Assembly (NCBI GenBank): GCA_951406725.2
Contig: OX597828.1
Span: forward strand, 54,684,001-54,748,000
Source of the DNA: Octopus vulgaris
Taxonomy: Eukaryota
Length of the DNA: 64,000 nucleotides
Direction: 5' to 3'
Of the stretch, positions 12,660 to 27,196 are shown piece by piece (the stretch's first letter is position 1; each line of letters opens with the position of its first letter). Both the position numbers and the translations under genes were made by a program. The notes under the pieces were generated by a model that was given only the letters and a program-made list of their open reading frames with translations, did not search any database and was not told where the DNA came from.

Positions 12660-13503
12660 CTAATAGATTTTGAATGAAAAGAGCCCATGTAGATATTTTT
12701 TTCCCAGAAAATGAAGGGTAACGATACATATTAAGCATACATTGAGTACATATTTAGCAGAAAACCATAATAATATTATAACATTTATTGACATAATGAA
12801 TTTAGCCTCACGAGCGCCATTTCGACGGATAACTTCAAAAACCCTATTAGTCATGGAATCTGTCAATTTCTTAATAGTAACAGGCTGGACTTCCTCTGCT
12901 GCAGCTTTGATGGTTGCCCAGAAGACACCTTTCGACGTAAATTGGCATCCATCAAGTTAAATATCTTGTTTAATGATGGACCAAAGATTTTCGATAGGGT
13001 TGAGATCTGTAGATGTTTGCGGCCACACCATCAACCTTTTACCTTGTATGCCGTTAGACCTTAGGAATGTTTGGGTGGTCCTAGCAGAGTGGAAGACCTC
13101 CTTCAGGAGATTACAGTAGGCGGTTGCGGTCTCTTCAACATCTTCACGCATACTGACTGAGCCAACAAGTGTGTCCCCAATGATAACAGTTCACAAAATG
13201 ACTTATCGACCATGTTGTTTATGTCGTAAACGTTGGTGATGCTCATCTCCAAAACAGACCCAGCTATTTGCCCAACCGTCAGATTCGTACCCTGGTTTCG
13301 TCAGTGAACAGAACACAACTCATGTGTAACCCTAACCCTAACCCTAACCCTAGCCCTACGTCATGTATTCTTGGGCCCATTGAAGCATCAAACTCCAGTG
13401 AGGAGGTAGTTTCAGGGGTTATAGCAGGGAAGCCATAGTCCTAAGGATGCGATTTCTGGTGGTTTTCGGTACATGAGGTGTGAAAATGGCTTTGCTTGTT
13501 TGT

Positions 13504-13505
<2 letters not shown>
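12660..13505 (-). mobile_element. Tc1/mariner transposase fossil, TRT (DD37E)-like
   Basis: Motifs VPKTTRNRILR..WAQEYMT, VLFTDE..DGWANSW and WPQTSTDLNPIENLWSIIK..SMTNRVFEVIRRNGA; stops, frameshifts and deletion of the second-D region. Confidence 0.8.
13327..13358 (-). repeat. Short interstitial (TTAGGG)n telomeric repeat
   Basis: taaccctaaccctaaccctaaccctagcccta. Confidence 0.85.
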
Positions 13506-13589
<84 letters not shown>

Positions 13590-13591
<2 letters not shown>

Positions 13592-13682
13592 GGAGAATTC
13601 ACAAAAAGAACAAAAGGCGAAGACAGATGGTGTAGACAACAAACAGATATATTAGTATAACGCTCGGGAAGTGAAAAAGTCT
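13590..13682 (-). mobile_element. Truncated copy of the 16518-16705 element (stops before the hammerhead)
   Basis: Shares gaagaca..gtgta..caaacagat.tattagtataacgctc.ggaa..gaaaaagtct. Confidence 0.65.
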
Positions 13683-13954
13683 AGAAGAACCCTGTCAAAA
13701 TGCCAAAAGCTGATGGAGCAGGATGGAAATGGGTCTGATAGGGACGTTAGAAGACAATCTAAGTGAACTTTCGAGGTTTTGTCGAGCCATCATTCTCCAG
13801 AACTCTGACCAGACAAGAAGTAAATTGTGTAGATTAGAAGACGGCTATAAATTCCGTCACTGATGCTCCACAGAGGCCACGAAGTGGCTTTGTGTTAAAA
13901 GGGGGAACCCCTAGTTTGCTGCCATTGGGATGCAGGATGAGACCTGATCAATCC

Positions 13955-14048
13955 CGACTGGGTCAACGTGAAATGAAGTGCTTTTCTCGAGAACACAACG
14001 CAACGCCCGGTCTGGGAATCGAACCCGCGATCTCACAATTGTGAGTGC
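13955..14048 (-). mobile_element. SINE family C fragment
   Basis: B-box gggttcgattccc plus a CORE-like segment; matches 60745-60840. Confidence 0.6.
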
Positions 14049-14886
14049 ATATATATATATATTTATGCATGTATGTATGCATTTATATATGCATAAACAT
14101 ATACATAAGCGTGTGTGTGTGAGCACGTATATATATATATATATGTGAGTATGTGTGTGTGCGCGCGCGTGTGTGTATGTATATGTTTATACATACAGGC
14201 ATATGTGTGCGTGTGTGTACACATGTAGTGTACCATTATATAATAGAAATATATATATCTCCCTATATTGTATATGTGTGTGTGTGTGTGTGTATGTGTG
14301 TGATCTTGGGAAGTGAATACTTTAAATGTAATTACTTATCATAGTAGATTATACATAAATATAGTTACCGAACTCTCATTCAATCTCCCCCCTCTCTCTC
14401 TCTTTCTCTCTCCCCCTCTCTCTCTCTTTCTCTCTCTCGTTCTTCTTCAGGAAATCTTTTCGAATTCATTCTTCTTTGTTCCTCTCTCACTCTTCGGCAC
14501 GTTTCTCTTCTCCTGTTTCTTGATGTGGTTTCTGCTTTTACAGAAGGAAAGTAATTTTTACGACGTAATTTGATGTGTTCTGCATAGATCAGTTTCGCCA
14601 ATTGGAATATGGTAATTCCAAGACATCGTACAAGATTTATTTATACGCTTCTATTGGTGGCTTCCAGACGAGGGCAATTACGACAACGAATGAAACTTAA
14701 TATTTATCTAACAAAAGGAATATTCTATTTTATATTCTATTTTATATTTTTGATGTGCGCATGCGCCTCAGTCCAATCTTCATCAATTGCTACAGTTAGT
14801 AATTCATGCTTGGAATGTCAACGATGAAACGGTTGTGGCAACGATACTGTTTCAATTATCCCACTGTCGTTATTTCATTTCACCTA

Positions 14887-15407
14887 CCGTAAATCCTCGG
14901 GTATAGTCCACCCTTGAGTATAATACGCAGGGGATTTTTAGGGGGCTATATCTCCGAAAAACCTAAATCTTGTGTATAATACGCACCCCCTTTCAAACTT
15001 GAGTCAAGGAAGTCTATATAACGTCCTTGGTTTGTAAAAATGTATACGGTAACGTCCTTTATTATTATTGTATATGTAACATAATGCAAATGTGTAGCTT
15101 TTTTGTGCATTTTGTTTGCAGAAAATAAAGAAATAACAGTAATAATAGTAATAACGTTTAATAAATGTTGCTTACTGCAAGTTATGGATGATCCTTTTAT
15201 GACTTCATTGCTTTCAGGCTTAGCTTAAGGTATTTTCGTGCCCGACATCACAAAATGTGTCTGAATAAACATTGCCGGACAGCAAATAAAGACTCGGACA
15301 TTGCTTTGAAAATAATTTTCATTTTTAACCTCGTATATATTACGCACTAGGGATTTTGACCTTTAAATTTTGGGAAAAAAGTGCGGATTATTCACGAGGA
15401 TTTACGG
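14887..15407. mobile_element. pogo/Tc1-type MITE
   Basis: TIR ccgtaaatcctcg..cgaggatttacgg flanked by a TA duplication; internal subterminal gtataatacgca repeats. Confidence 0.85.
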
Positions 15408-16069
15408 TATATCTTATACTTTCTAGATTTGTATTTAGGGGAGGAAAAGCATAAACACTAAAGACGCCTGCTAAAGCATCAATTTTTTGTTTGTGTGTAG
15501 GCATGAAACAACACAACCTATAGGAACCAAAAACCCGCAATAAGGCACGCGAATGGCTCCTCTACAATAAAAGCTAAATTCTTGACCGGTTATTGTGGAG
15601 CATATACAGCAAGGAGAAAAAGTCAGAAATGTGCTCGGAGGTACTGTCCATCGTCATTTACAATTATTTGATTCTTAAATATAATTTTATTGCGTTTGTT
15701 GCAAAAACGTAGTCTCTTAACATCCAACGACCATTACAATTGAAACCAAAAAATTCAGAGTTCTGATTTGATTGTAAATAATGTCTTGTTTCAGCTGAAG
15801 ATTTGTGAATTTGTGGACACGTAAGTTCTTATAAGAACAACAGAAACGGTAACTAATAAACCCATCCACCATACAAGAAGAAGAAGTAGAAGAAGGAGGA
15901 GGAGGAGGAGGAGAAGGAAGAGGAAGAGGAGAAATAATAATAGTAGTAGTAGTAGCAGCAGCAGCAATTTCTAACAGATTGATCTAATACATAATTCCTT
16001 CTTCCGGAATTCCTTATCCTTATTGAATTCGAAGAAAAGGGCAAAGAGATGAGAGGGCCCAGTATAAAA

Positions 16070-16190
16070 GTTTGAGAGTTTACCAAACTATTACAAGGAA
16101 ACACGCACATAATATAAAACTTCAGAATTGTATGAAAATCGAAGAGAATGGTAACGAAGTTGTATATTGTACAGTTCTGACAAACATCTA
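16070..16190. repeat. Unclassified interspersed repeat; inverted copy at ~18125-18250
   Basis: tttaccaaactat.acaag.aaa.acacgcataatataaaact..gaagagaatggta occurs in both orientations. Confidence 0.6.
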
Positions 16191-16314
16191 TAGTAGTAGT
16201 AGCAACAGCAGCAGTAGTAGTAATGTGGCAGACAGCAACAGCAACAATACATGATCGATCAAACTTGCTAGAAATAGTAGCTTTTAAATGACAGAAAAAG
16301 GAAGAATATATTGG

Positions 16315-16473
16315 ATAGGCATGGCTGTGTGGTAAGAAGCTTGTTTCCCAACCACATGATTCTGGGTTCAGTTCCACTGTGTGGCATCCTGGGCGAATGT
16401 CTTCTACTATAGCCATGGGCCGACCAAAGCTTTGTGAGTGGATTTGGTAGTCGGAAACTGAAAGAAGCCTGTC

Positions 16474-16518
<45 letters not shown>

Positions 16519-16701
16519 AGGAGAGTTTACGAAAAAAAAAACAAAAGACGAAGACAAGTAGTGTACAAAACAAACAGATGTATTAGTATAACGCTCAGGA
16601 ATAGAAAAAGTCTTTTACGTTTCGAACCTACGCTCTTCTACAGAAAGGGACACAGAAAAAACAAGGAGAGAAAAAATGTGTGTAGTGGCTAACGATCTAT
16701 C

Positions 16702-16742
<41 letters not shown>

Positions 16743-16970
16743 TGTGTATGTGTGCGAGTGTGTGTTTGTCTTTGTGTCCGTGTTTGTTCAACGCCGCCAT
16801 CGCTTGACATCCGAAGTTGGTGTATTTACGTCCCCATAAATACACCAACATTGGCAAAAGTAACCGATACAATAAGTACTATATGTTTACAAAGAATATG
16901 TCCTTTAAAGCGGAGCATAGCCGCAGTCAAAATGACTGAAACAAATAAAAGAATAAACGAATAAAAGAAT
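16315..16970 (+). mobile_element. SINE family B interrupted by a hammerhead element
   Basis: Head tggctgtgtggtaag..gggttcagtt and tail gactgaaacaaataaaaga. Confidence 0.8.
16518..16705 (-). mobile_element. Short hammerhead-bearing element inserted in the (TA)n of a SINE
   Basis: Minus strand 16612-16647 reads cttt-CTGTAGA-agagcgtaggttc-GAAAC-GTA-aaag. Confidence 0.6.
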
Positions 16971-17529
16971 ATCTGAAAGCAAAATGATAATTTTGTTCGA
17001 GTGTAGGGGGGGGCGGACATTCTAACGATTCTGTCTTTACACCACTCTTCAGTAACAACAAAATATAAATAATAAGAACGTCTCACATCTTCCTTTGGGC
17101 AATCAACTGTTATAGTAAACTTCCTCGGAGTTAAAGATAAAGGGCGGGAGGAGAAAAGGAAAAAAAAACGCAGACGGAAGAACGAAAGGAAGAAAGACAT
17201 GAAATAAGGAAGGAAGGAAAAGGAAAGGAGAAGGGCGAGAGTCAAGAGAATGATGGATAAAAAAATGACAGGTGACCTTTCTTACTTAGATATATCGATA
17301 ACCTTTGATAGAAAGTCTAGTAATGACAGGCAATGCAAGTTTCTGTTTGGTCACTTTTGGGAGTAAACCTTGCTATTAAACATACTTATTGGTTATTTTA
17401 AGTTTGTAAAGTAAGTTATTGTGATATTTGGTCGATATCATAGTGCTGACAACTTCTCTCTCTCTCTCTCTCTCTCTCTTTTCTTCTCTCTCTCTTTTCT
17501 TCTCTCTCGTTCTCCCTCCCTGACTTTGT

Positions 17530-17632
17530 ACACACACTCGCACACACACACACTCGCACACACACACACTCGCACACACACACACTCGCACACACACACA
17601 CTCGCACACACACACACTCGCACACACACACA
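17530..17632. repeat. Minisatellite of (CA)n units punctuated by CTCG
   Basis: About six repeats of cacacacacactcg-type units. Confidence 0.85.
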
Positions 17633-17803
17633 CGTTCATTGGGATTCATTTTTGTCGTATGTATATTTCTATTATCGACATTTTGCAAGTTTGTCAAATT
17701 GGGCGTGCTCACACACACACATACACGCACGCACACACACACACACACGCACATACATATACGCACATACACACACGCACATACACACACACACACGCAC
17801 ACA

Positions 17804-17852
<49 letters not shown>

Positions 17853-18547
17853 ATACATTCTTTATTTCTCTTATTTTTCCTGTCCGCCAACTCCTGAAAA
17901 GCGATCAACAAAAAAAAAAAAAAGTGACGCAAAGAAAATAACCTTTGACCTTTGATCTTCGTAATATATAAATGGTGTGTGTGTGTGTTACTAAAAGATT
18001 TTCTACCAATCATGATGAGTTACCAATGGAATCAACTATATTACCTTTTGCTTTCTCTCTACTCCGCCCCACCCCATCACACACATACACACTCAAACAT
18101 GCACTCACGGTACCTCGAGGTCCGTAGGCGTTGGTCAGAATTGTACAATATACAACTACGCTACCATTCTCTTCTTCGATCTTTATACCCTCTTCTTGAG
18201 TTTTATATTATGCGTGTATTTTCTTGTGATAGTTTGGTAAATTCTTAAAGAAGTAAACCTGCTGCACAGAATGTAGCTCTTGTATTCCTCTAATATTTTT
18301 ACCCTTTTCTTAGAATTCAATACTAATATGAAGGAATTGTTATGTGCTAGTTTCGGGCTGCTAGGAATTGCTGACAAAACTTCCGTTCAAAGAAAAATAA
18401 ACTGATACATGGCTTAGATACATTGCATTCGACAGGGTGGCCACCGTAGGAAAGCTTTCGATCACAGATCTGCTCAATCTTTTAACAACCACAATCAAAT
18501 CGCTTGTGGTTACGAAATAATTATCAATATTATTTTTAGAAATTTAA

Positions 18548-19080
18548 AGCACGCCAGGCAAAATGCTTAACGGTATTTCGTCTGCCGTTATGTTCTGAGT
18601 TCAAATTGCACCGAGGTCGACTTTGCCTTTTATCATTTCGGGGTCGATTAAATAAGTACCAGTTACGCACTGGTGTCGATATAATCAACTTAATCCGTTT
18701 GTCTGTCCTTGTTTGTCTTCTCTGTGTTTAGCCCCTTGTGGGTAGTAAAGAAATAGGTATTTCGCCCATCCTTACGTTTCGCCTATATCGACTTCACCTT
18801 TCATCCTTTTGGGATCGATAAAGCAAGAACCAGTTGATCACGCGGGTCGATGTAATCGACGCCCCCCCCCCACACCTCCCAGTGTTGCTAACGCTGTGAG
18901 CTGACAAAATCATAAACGCATCGTCATTTCTTCCGGCTGTTTACGTGTTGATTTCGAATTCCGCCAAGATCAACTTTGCCTTTCATCCTTTCTCGGGGTT
19001 CATAACAAAGTACCAGTCAAGTACTGGGGTAGATGTTATCGACTTGCACCTTGGTAACGTTGTGCTAAAAGTAGCAACAA
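18548..19080 (+). mobile_element. Cluster of SINE family A copies (one dimeric, one decayed)
   Basis: Three successive ttgcctttcatcc/ggggtcgat central domains. Confidence 0.8.
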
Positions 19081-19787
19081 TTTTTCAGAAATTTATTTTC
19101 ATAATTGGTTTGATCTGGAGTGAAGGGTTGTACTCATGGCCGCGCCAGCCCCTCCGAGACCGATGAGATCAACGTTATAAGTTGACAGTTGCAAGTAAAA
19201 CAATGGCTGGGGGTAAGATCTCCAGGCGACAGACATACACTGAGGCAAAAATCAATGTACGTAATAGTTTAGTGAGGGGACCAGGGAACAATATGGTTAG
19301 TGAAGTAGGGCAAGAAGTAAGATTACATAAGGTGACAAACCAATTATAAAAATAAATTTCTGGAAGAATATTTTGCTAGGTCCGAGATTGCTGTAGTAGC
19401 AGTAGGGAGAGAGAACGACAGACAGACAGACAGATAGACTGACAAAGAGACAAAGAGACAGACAGAGAGAGAAATAGAGGGGTAGCTATGATAAATTCGC
19501 TAAAGTCTCCTCACCTAACAGAGACCTGGTCACTGACACTTGAACTAAGTAAGTGACTTGGCCACAGTGGGGCGATGAAAACTTTGACATATCGATTAAG
19601 AAATTGAAATTTGATTCAACAGGTTTTGTATGTTACTAAATGGTTAAAATATCTCTTCTGCGATGTAATTATAAGTTCTGTAAAGCAATTTCCTTAATTC
19701 TTCCTTCAGCGTCTGATACGTTCCTATTTCGGCGTAACGAAAATACCACACCAATCTAACACACACACACACACGTACACACACACA

Positions 19788-19865
<78 letters not shown>

Positions 19866-19878
19866 TATGTATATGGTA

Positions 19879-20262
19879 TCTCTCTCTATATAAACGGCAG
19901 TTTGTCTGTCTGCGTGTCTGTGTGTCTGTTAGGTTGTACCCTCACCCTGACCACGGCTTTCAACCGATTCTGATGAAACTTGACACACACATAGCCCAAT
20001 GTCATAATTCAAAACTAACGCAGCGAAAATTTTGAAAAGTTCCCCCAGTTCTGAAAAAAATCGATAAATTCGACATGGGGTCGACAATCAGAAACACAAA
20101 CCACAGACTGTCTAGGGGACGCAACTCGACCTTTTTAACTCTCAAAAAAATTTACCATCATTTTTTTTCCCATTTTTTTGCTATTTTTTGGCTATAACTC
20201 TCTAAAAATGCTTTATAGTTATTTCCTTTACAAACCCGAGCAACGCCGGGCGATACTGCTAG
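19879..20262 (+). mobile_element. Non-autonomous Helitron
   Basis: A|TC start, subterminal hairpin cccgagcaacgccggg and CTAG|T end; the 3' end is shared with 46095-46220. Confidence 0.85.
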
Positions 20263-20526
20263 TAGTACATAAATACCAGCCAAACTTACAAAGTATTGTG
20301 TCGAGGACTTGTATGGCTGACTGATGTACCCCTATTATATTACTGGTACATGACTTATCGATCAACCTCGGGATTTGAGCGCAGAGCACAACGTAATGAA
20401 ACCTAAAATTTAATAGGGTAAGATATTCCAGCATTTCTGTCACATTTCCATTCTAACCTTACTCTAAATGAATATATATATAGGTAATACGGTTTATACA
20501 CGCACACACACACACACAAACATATC

Positions 20527-20558
<32 letters not shown>

Positions 20559-20644
20559 TGTGCAATATTGTAGGGTATCAGATATTAAAATTAAATCTTA
20601 AAAGATCTCTAGCAATGACTAAACACATAAAACAAAAAGAAGTA

Positions 20645-20736
<92 letters not shown>

Positions 20737-20828
20737 CATATATGTGTTTGTATATATATATATATTTATATATATATATATATGTGTGATATACGTGTGA
20801 GTGTATGCGTATGTATGTGTGAGTGTGT

Positions 20829-20870
<42 letters not shown>

Positions 20871-20981
20871 ACACAAAAACACACACACATAAATGCGCAA
20901 AGATAACTAAATATATGGATAATGAAATGGAAATCCAAATTGCTCTTTTTACTTCAAGCCTACTTCAGTTCACTTCTATCG

Positions 20982-21832
<851 letters not shown>

Positions 21833-21952
21833 GTGGATATTGTTGTTGGTGTTGTTCTTGTTATTATCCGAATTCCTTATGGATTCCTATGCAGGGAAAT
21901 TACCTTTCACTGGAGCAAAGATAAAAACAGCACAATAAATTGTAATTTCATA

Positions 21953-21983
<31 letters not shown>

Positions 21984-22028
21984 GAAGTGGGGGACAGAGA
22001 AATAGAGATGTTCGTGGGTGGGTATATA

Positions 22029-22073
<45 letters not shown>

Positions 22074-22094
22074 ATAAATATATGTGTATATATA

Positions 22095-22154
<60 letters not shown>

Positions 22155-22232
22155 TATATACATATATTTATAAATATATACATAAGCGATTGAAGATATG
22201 CATGAAATTACATTTCGTTACTTGACATATTA

Positions 22233-22296
<64 letters not shown>

Positions 22297-22458
22297 CGAA
22301 CGCAGACGCTCATACAGATACACACACACAAAAACACGGGCACACATTCGTACGAACAAATACGCTTCCATATATACAAATATATACATAGATATGTGTG
22401 TGTGTGTGTGTTCGATACACATATGTGTGTGAATATATATATACTTACATACATACCT

Positions 22459-22515
<57 letters not shown>

Positions 22516-23924
22516 TATAGATATAGACACACATATATAGCATACAATCATACAAGCACACACACACACACACGCATGCACACACACACATAGACACGCA
22601 TATACGTTTAGGTCACTGTCTGCGTATATACAATAAATGTTCTTTCTTCAAGTTTAATTAATCGATCTTGAGTGTGATTCCTGAACATAACGACCAGCCA
22701 ACCTCTCCACATGTGCCGCTCACTCTGACACTCATGTTTCCTAGCCCACGCACACACGCTCGCACGCGCGCGTGCACACACACACATTCACGCACGCACG
22801 CACACAGACACACACACACACACACACACATACACGGGTGCGTACATATCTCTGAAGCGAATCCTGTATAATGTATATAGTCTTGTTCAAATTTCTTATA
22901 AGCATACATACATATATATATATATATCTGCAACTATCCACACACACATATGTATGCATATATATATATAATGTCTTCACTGACTTACATACGCACGTTT
23001 ACTCTCATACACACACAAATATATATTTGTACATGTACATACTGACTTTATATATATATTATACATACATATATATATTATATATCTATACACACGCACA
23101 TATATATATATTATATTGTATTATATTATATGTGAAATGTGTATGCATACATACACACACACACACATATATATATAGACACACATACACTCACACACAT
23201 ATATATATATATGTATATAACTTTCTATCTTTTAATGTTGTTGAGATTACACTTAACTGTTCCATACGCTTGTATAATGTTGCCGTCTTTGGAACAGTTT
23301 GAAGGGAAACGACTGGTTCTCTTTTATATTAGAAGACATTGTGACATTGTGCATTTCGGAAGTGGCTGCATTGATGGAAATTGGTCTGCAAGATTCCATG
23401 TTATGAGATGAGAAAGCAATTCTCCTCACAAGAGGCGGTGGTGGAGGAGAGGGTAGTTGGGTAATGAGAGATTGTGCATATGTGTGAGTGAGACAGTGAG
23501 AGAAGGAGGGGTGAATAAAGAAGGATAGAGAGAAATTGAACTGGAGGGAGAGGAAGGGAGAAGTGGAGACAGAGAGTAAGAATGGGAGAGAAACATAGCA
23601 GGCGGCGTTCATAATTTAATAGTCTCTACGAACGCATGTGTTTGTGTGTGTATATGTGTGTATGTGCTTGCGTGCATGTATGTGTGTGTATGCCTGCGTG
23701 TGCGTTTGTGTGTGTTTGTGGAGGGAAGTATATGTTAGAACACACACACATATACACACAAATAAAGAGATAAAGAAACATAGATAGATAGATGGATGGA
23801 TGGATGGATGGATGGATAGATGGATGGATAGATGGATAGATAGATAGATGGATGGATAGATAGATAAGATAGATAGATTGTGAACATAGGAATGTATTGC
23901 AGAGGATAAGTTAATATTGATATT

Positions 23925-24135
23925 GAAATTTCGGTACAAGGCCAGCAATTTAGTAGGACTGGATAAGTCGGTTACGCCGAGCTAGTGCTCAACTAGCACG
24001 TATTTCATCTACGAGAATGGATGGAAGCCAAAGTCAGCCGCTGCGGAATTTGACCTCAGAACGTAAAGGCAGGCGAAATGCCGCTGAGCGTTTCAGTCGG
24101 CGTGCTAACGATTCTGCCAGCTCGCCGCTTTAACA
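23925..24135 (-). mobile_element. SINE family A (diverged)
   Basis: gcggaatttga..cgtgctaacgattctgccagctcgccg. Confidence 0.8.
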
Positions 24136-24189
24136 TATGTTAATATTTATTTCAAATTTTGGCAATAAAATATTTGAATAATAATAGTT

Positions 24190-24392
24190 TCAAATTTTGA
24201 CGCAAGGCCAACAACTTCTGGGATGGGGTAAGTCGATTACATCGACCCCAGTGCTCAACTGGTACTTATTTTATCGATCCCGAAAGGGATGAAATGCAAG
24301 GTCGTCCTCGGCGGAATTTGAACTCAGAAGGTAAAGGCAAGCGAAATGCCGCTAAGAATTTTGCCCGGCGTGTTAACGATTCTGCCAGCTCA
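24190..24392 (-). mobile_element. SINE family A
   Basis: Family consensus motifs on the minus strand. Confidence 0.85.
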
Positions 24393-24409
24393 AGACTAAT
24401 ACGTGTGTC

Positions 24410-24620
24410 AAGGTGGCAAACTGGCAGAATCGTTAGCACGCCGAGCAAAATGCTTAACAGCACTTCGTCCTTCCTTATGTTCTAAGTTCAAATTCCGCCG
24501 AGGTCGGTATTGCCTTTCATCCTTCTGGGATCGATAAAATAAGTACCAGTTGAGCACTGGGGTCGATGTAAACGACTTACCTCCCAATTCTCCTAAATTG
24601 CCAAACTTTGAAACCAACAT
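24410..24620 (+). mobile_element. SINE family A, head-to-head with the previous copy
   Basis: Family consensus motifs. Confidence 0.85.
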
Positions 24621-24954
24621 TAATACATGTGTGTGTGTGTGTGTGTGTGTGTATGTCAGCGTCTTTCCATATGAGCTATCTATAGTGTGAACATATGCAA
24701 GGTCGAGTGGTTAAGAAATTCGCTTAGATTTCGAGGCGTCAACTTTGAGGCACCGATTTCGATCCCAGGACGCAGCAATAGTGACAAAGTACCTTTCATG
24801 ATAGCCTCAATGAAACTGGGTATAGTTCTGGGTGGATTTGGTAGACGGAAACTGAAAAAAGCCCGTCGTATATATGTATATATATATATATGTATGTATG
24901 TATATATGTATGTATGTGTGTGTATATGTTTGTGTGTCTGTGTTTGTCTCCCCC

Positions 24955-25500
24955 AACAATTTTCATATCTCCTGCCCCGCATAAATTTGCAGATACAAGA
25001 GTCAAACATTAGAACGGTGTGTCCCACATCGTCGTTTAAGACTTCGTTTTACAGAGGTCCATGAACTATCCCCTTCTTGCATGTGAGTACTATCTTTCGA
25101 GTTAATGAACTCAGTGCTGTGGTTCACTGTGTTCGATCTCGAAAATTATAACCACCAATTTCAGGAATGCTAGCGCAGACCCTCCATTGGTCACTGAAAA
25201 GTTGTGGTTCCTGGAAGAATCCACTGACGTATGCATTCCTCCGCAATTCTGACATAAAGGAAAACAGCACACTTCTCCGAAAACCCAGAGCTCAGGCAGT
25301 ACCCTTTCTCAGTTATATATTCACCTTCAGAAGACGGTTTCGTCTATCGCAACAATGTTCCCAAGATTTCCAATCAGCACTGGGTCGCAGAGCGGAGGGG
25401 GTCTTCATATTCACGAACGTAGCTGTAGTAATCAACAGCTGTGCAGCGGCAAGCAGACTATACCTTAGCTTGTTACTGTGGAAACAGGCTCCAACATGTT
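24955..25500 (-). mobile_element. Merlin (IS1016/IS1595-like DDE) transposase fossil
   Basis: Minus-strand pieces: VDYYSYVRE; PVLIGNLGNIVAIDETVF; LWVFG; WILPGTT..SDQW; TVNHSTEFINSKDSTHMQ..SSWTSVKR; FDSCICKFMRGRRY. These follow the Merlin motif order. Confidence 0.78.
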
Positions 25501-25723
25501 TGTGGCTTACGATTGGCTAAAATTACACCAAATTTAAAAAGTTTAAAAGCCATTAACTTTTTTTATTTATTAATTTATGGCAAAAAAATGAATTTCATTT
25601 CCATAATTAGCATACAGAACTACATCAAAACTATAAATTTGGAAAGAAGTCGAACAAAATTAAAAGAATTGAAAACTGTGAAGCAAACAGAAAAGATCCG
25701 TTACGGCATTTGTGTGTGTGTGC

Positions 25724-25755
<32 letters not shown>

Positions 25756-25945
25756 ATTTGAGTGTATTGTATGTGTATATAAATGCATGTGACCAAATAT
25801 CCATGTTCATGCATTTCCGTAAGTGTTTGTGTGTGACAATATATATACAAACGTTTGAGCGTTAATGTATGTTTTTATCCATATGTGTACATGTGTGTGT
25901 GTATATCTATAAGCGTATGCGTGTGTGAGTTGTGTGAGAGTACGA

Positions 25946-25991
<46 letters not shown>

Positions 25992-26394
25992 CTGTGTGTA
26001 CATGTGCATGTCGGTTTAAAGTGGAAGATGGAGAAAGCAGGAAACATTATTGCAAAGTAATGAAATGTTATACTGGAAAGCAATCTGGAGGGAAGATTTG
26101 AAACACACATACACGCACACACACACGCGCAAGTACTCGCACGAACACGCTCGTATGCAAAACACATACTCGTACACACAAACATATATATATGTATACA
26201 TATCTATGTATACATGTATCCATGTATGTAGGCTTACATATGTATATATATTTCTATATATATATATATATATATACATACATACACATGCACACACATG
26301 CACACACACACACACATATATATATATATGTATATATACATACATATTTATATACATATATATATGTATATATATGCATATATATGTATATATG

Positions 26395-26425
<31 letters not shown>

Positions 26426-26772
26426 ATATATATATATATATATATGCATATATTTGCATGTAAAAATGAAGAAAGCGAAGCATTAAACTTAATAAGAAAA
26501 ATTTCAATTACTCGTATAAAAAAAAAGTAAATAAAGCAATAAATAAATAAATTATGAATAAATATATAAATAAACAAATGGTAAAAATAAATGAGATTTT
26601 TAAAAAATTATTTTTCGAAATCCTGTATAGAAGCTGTTATGTGATCTATTTCACAGGAAGTCGTTAAATGTGACCAGGGAAAGAAACTGCTGACGAGGGA
26701 AATATTCTGACGTTTTATTTCAACATTCGGTTACTGCTATCGATGTTGCATCAGTCCTAAATGATACACACG

Positions 26773-26886
<114 letters not shown>

Positions 26887-27196
26887 TGATATTGATATTG
26901 ATATTTTGAAATGTTTAAACTGAGGAAGGTTTATAGAATAGATGCATTTCCTATAATATATTAACCTAAATCTGAAGGGTACGTAATAAATGATTTCGAA
27001 ATATGATTACGTTTTTGGTTTAACTACATTATAACAACAAGCACACGCACGCGCGCCCACAAATGCATGCATACCTACATACATACATACATACATACAT
27101 ACATCCATACATACATACATACATACATACATACATACATACATACATACATACATACATACATACATACATACATACATGCATGCATTCATACAT

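Noticed and set aside
23220-23405. Possible Penelope zinc-finger/GIY-YIG linker fragment
   Set aside because: The Cys pattern is spread over frames and no GIY-YIG motif is visible.
26690-26730. CTGACGA (and CTGAGGA near 54752) as further hammerheads
   Set aside because: No GAAA-stem III-NUH segment can be completed.
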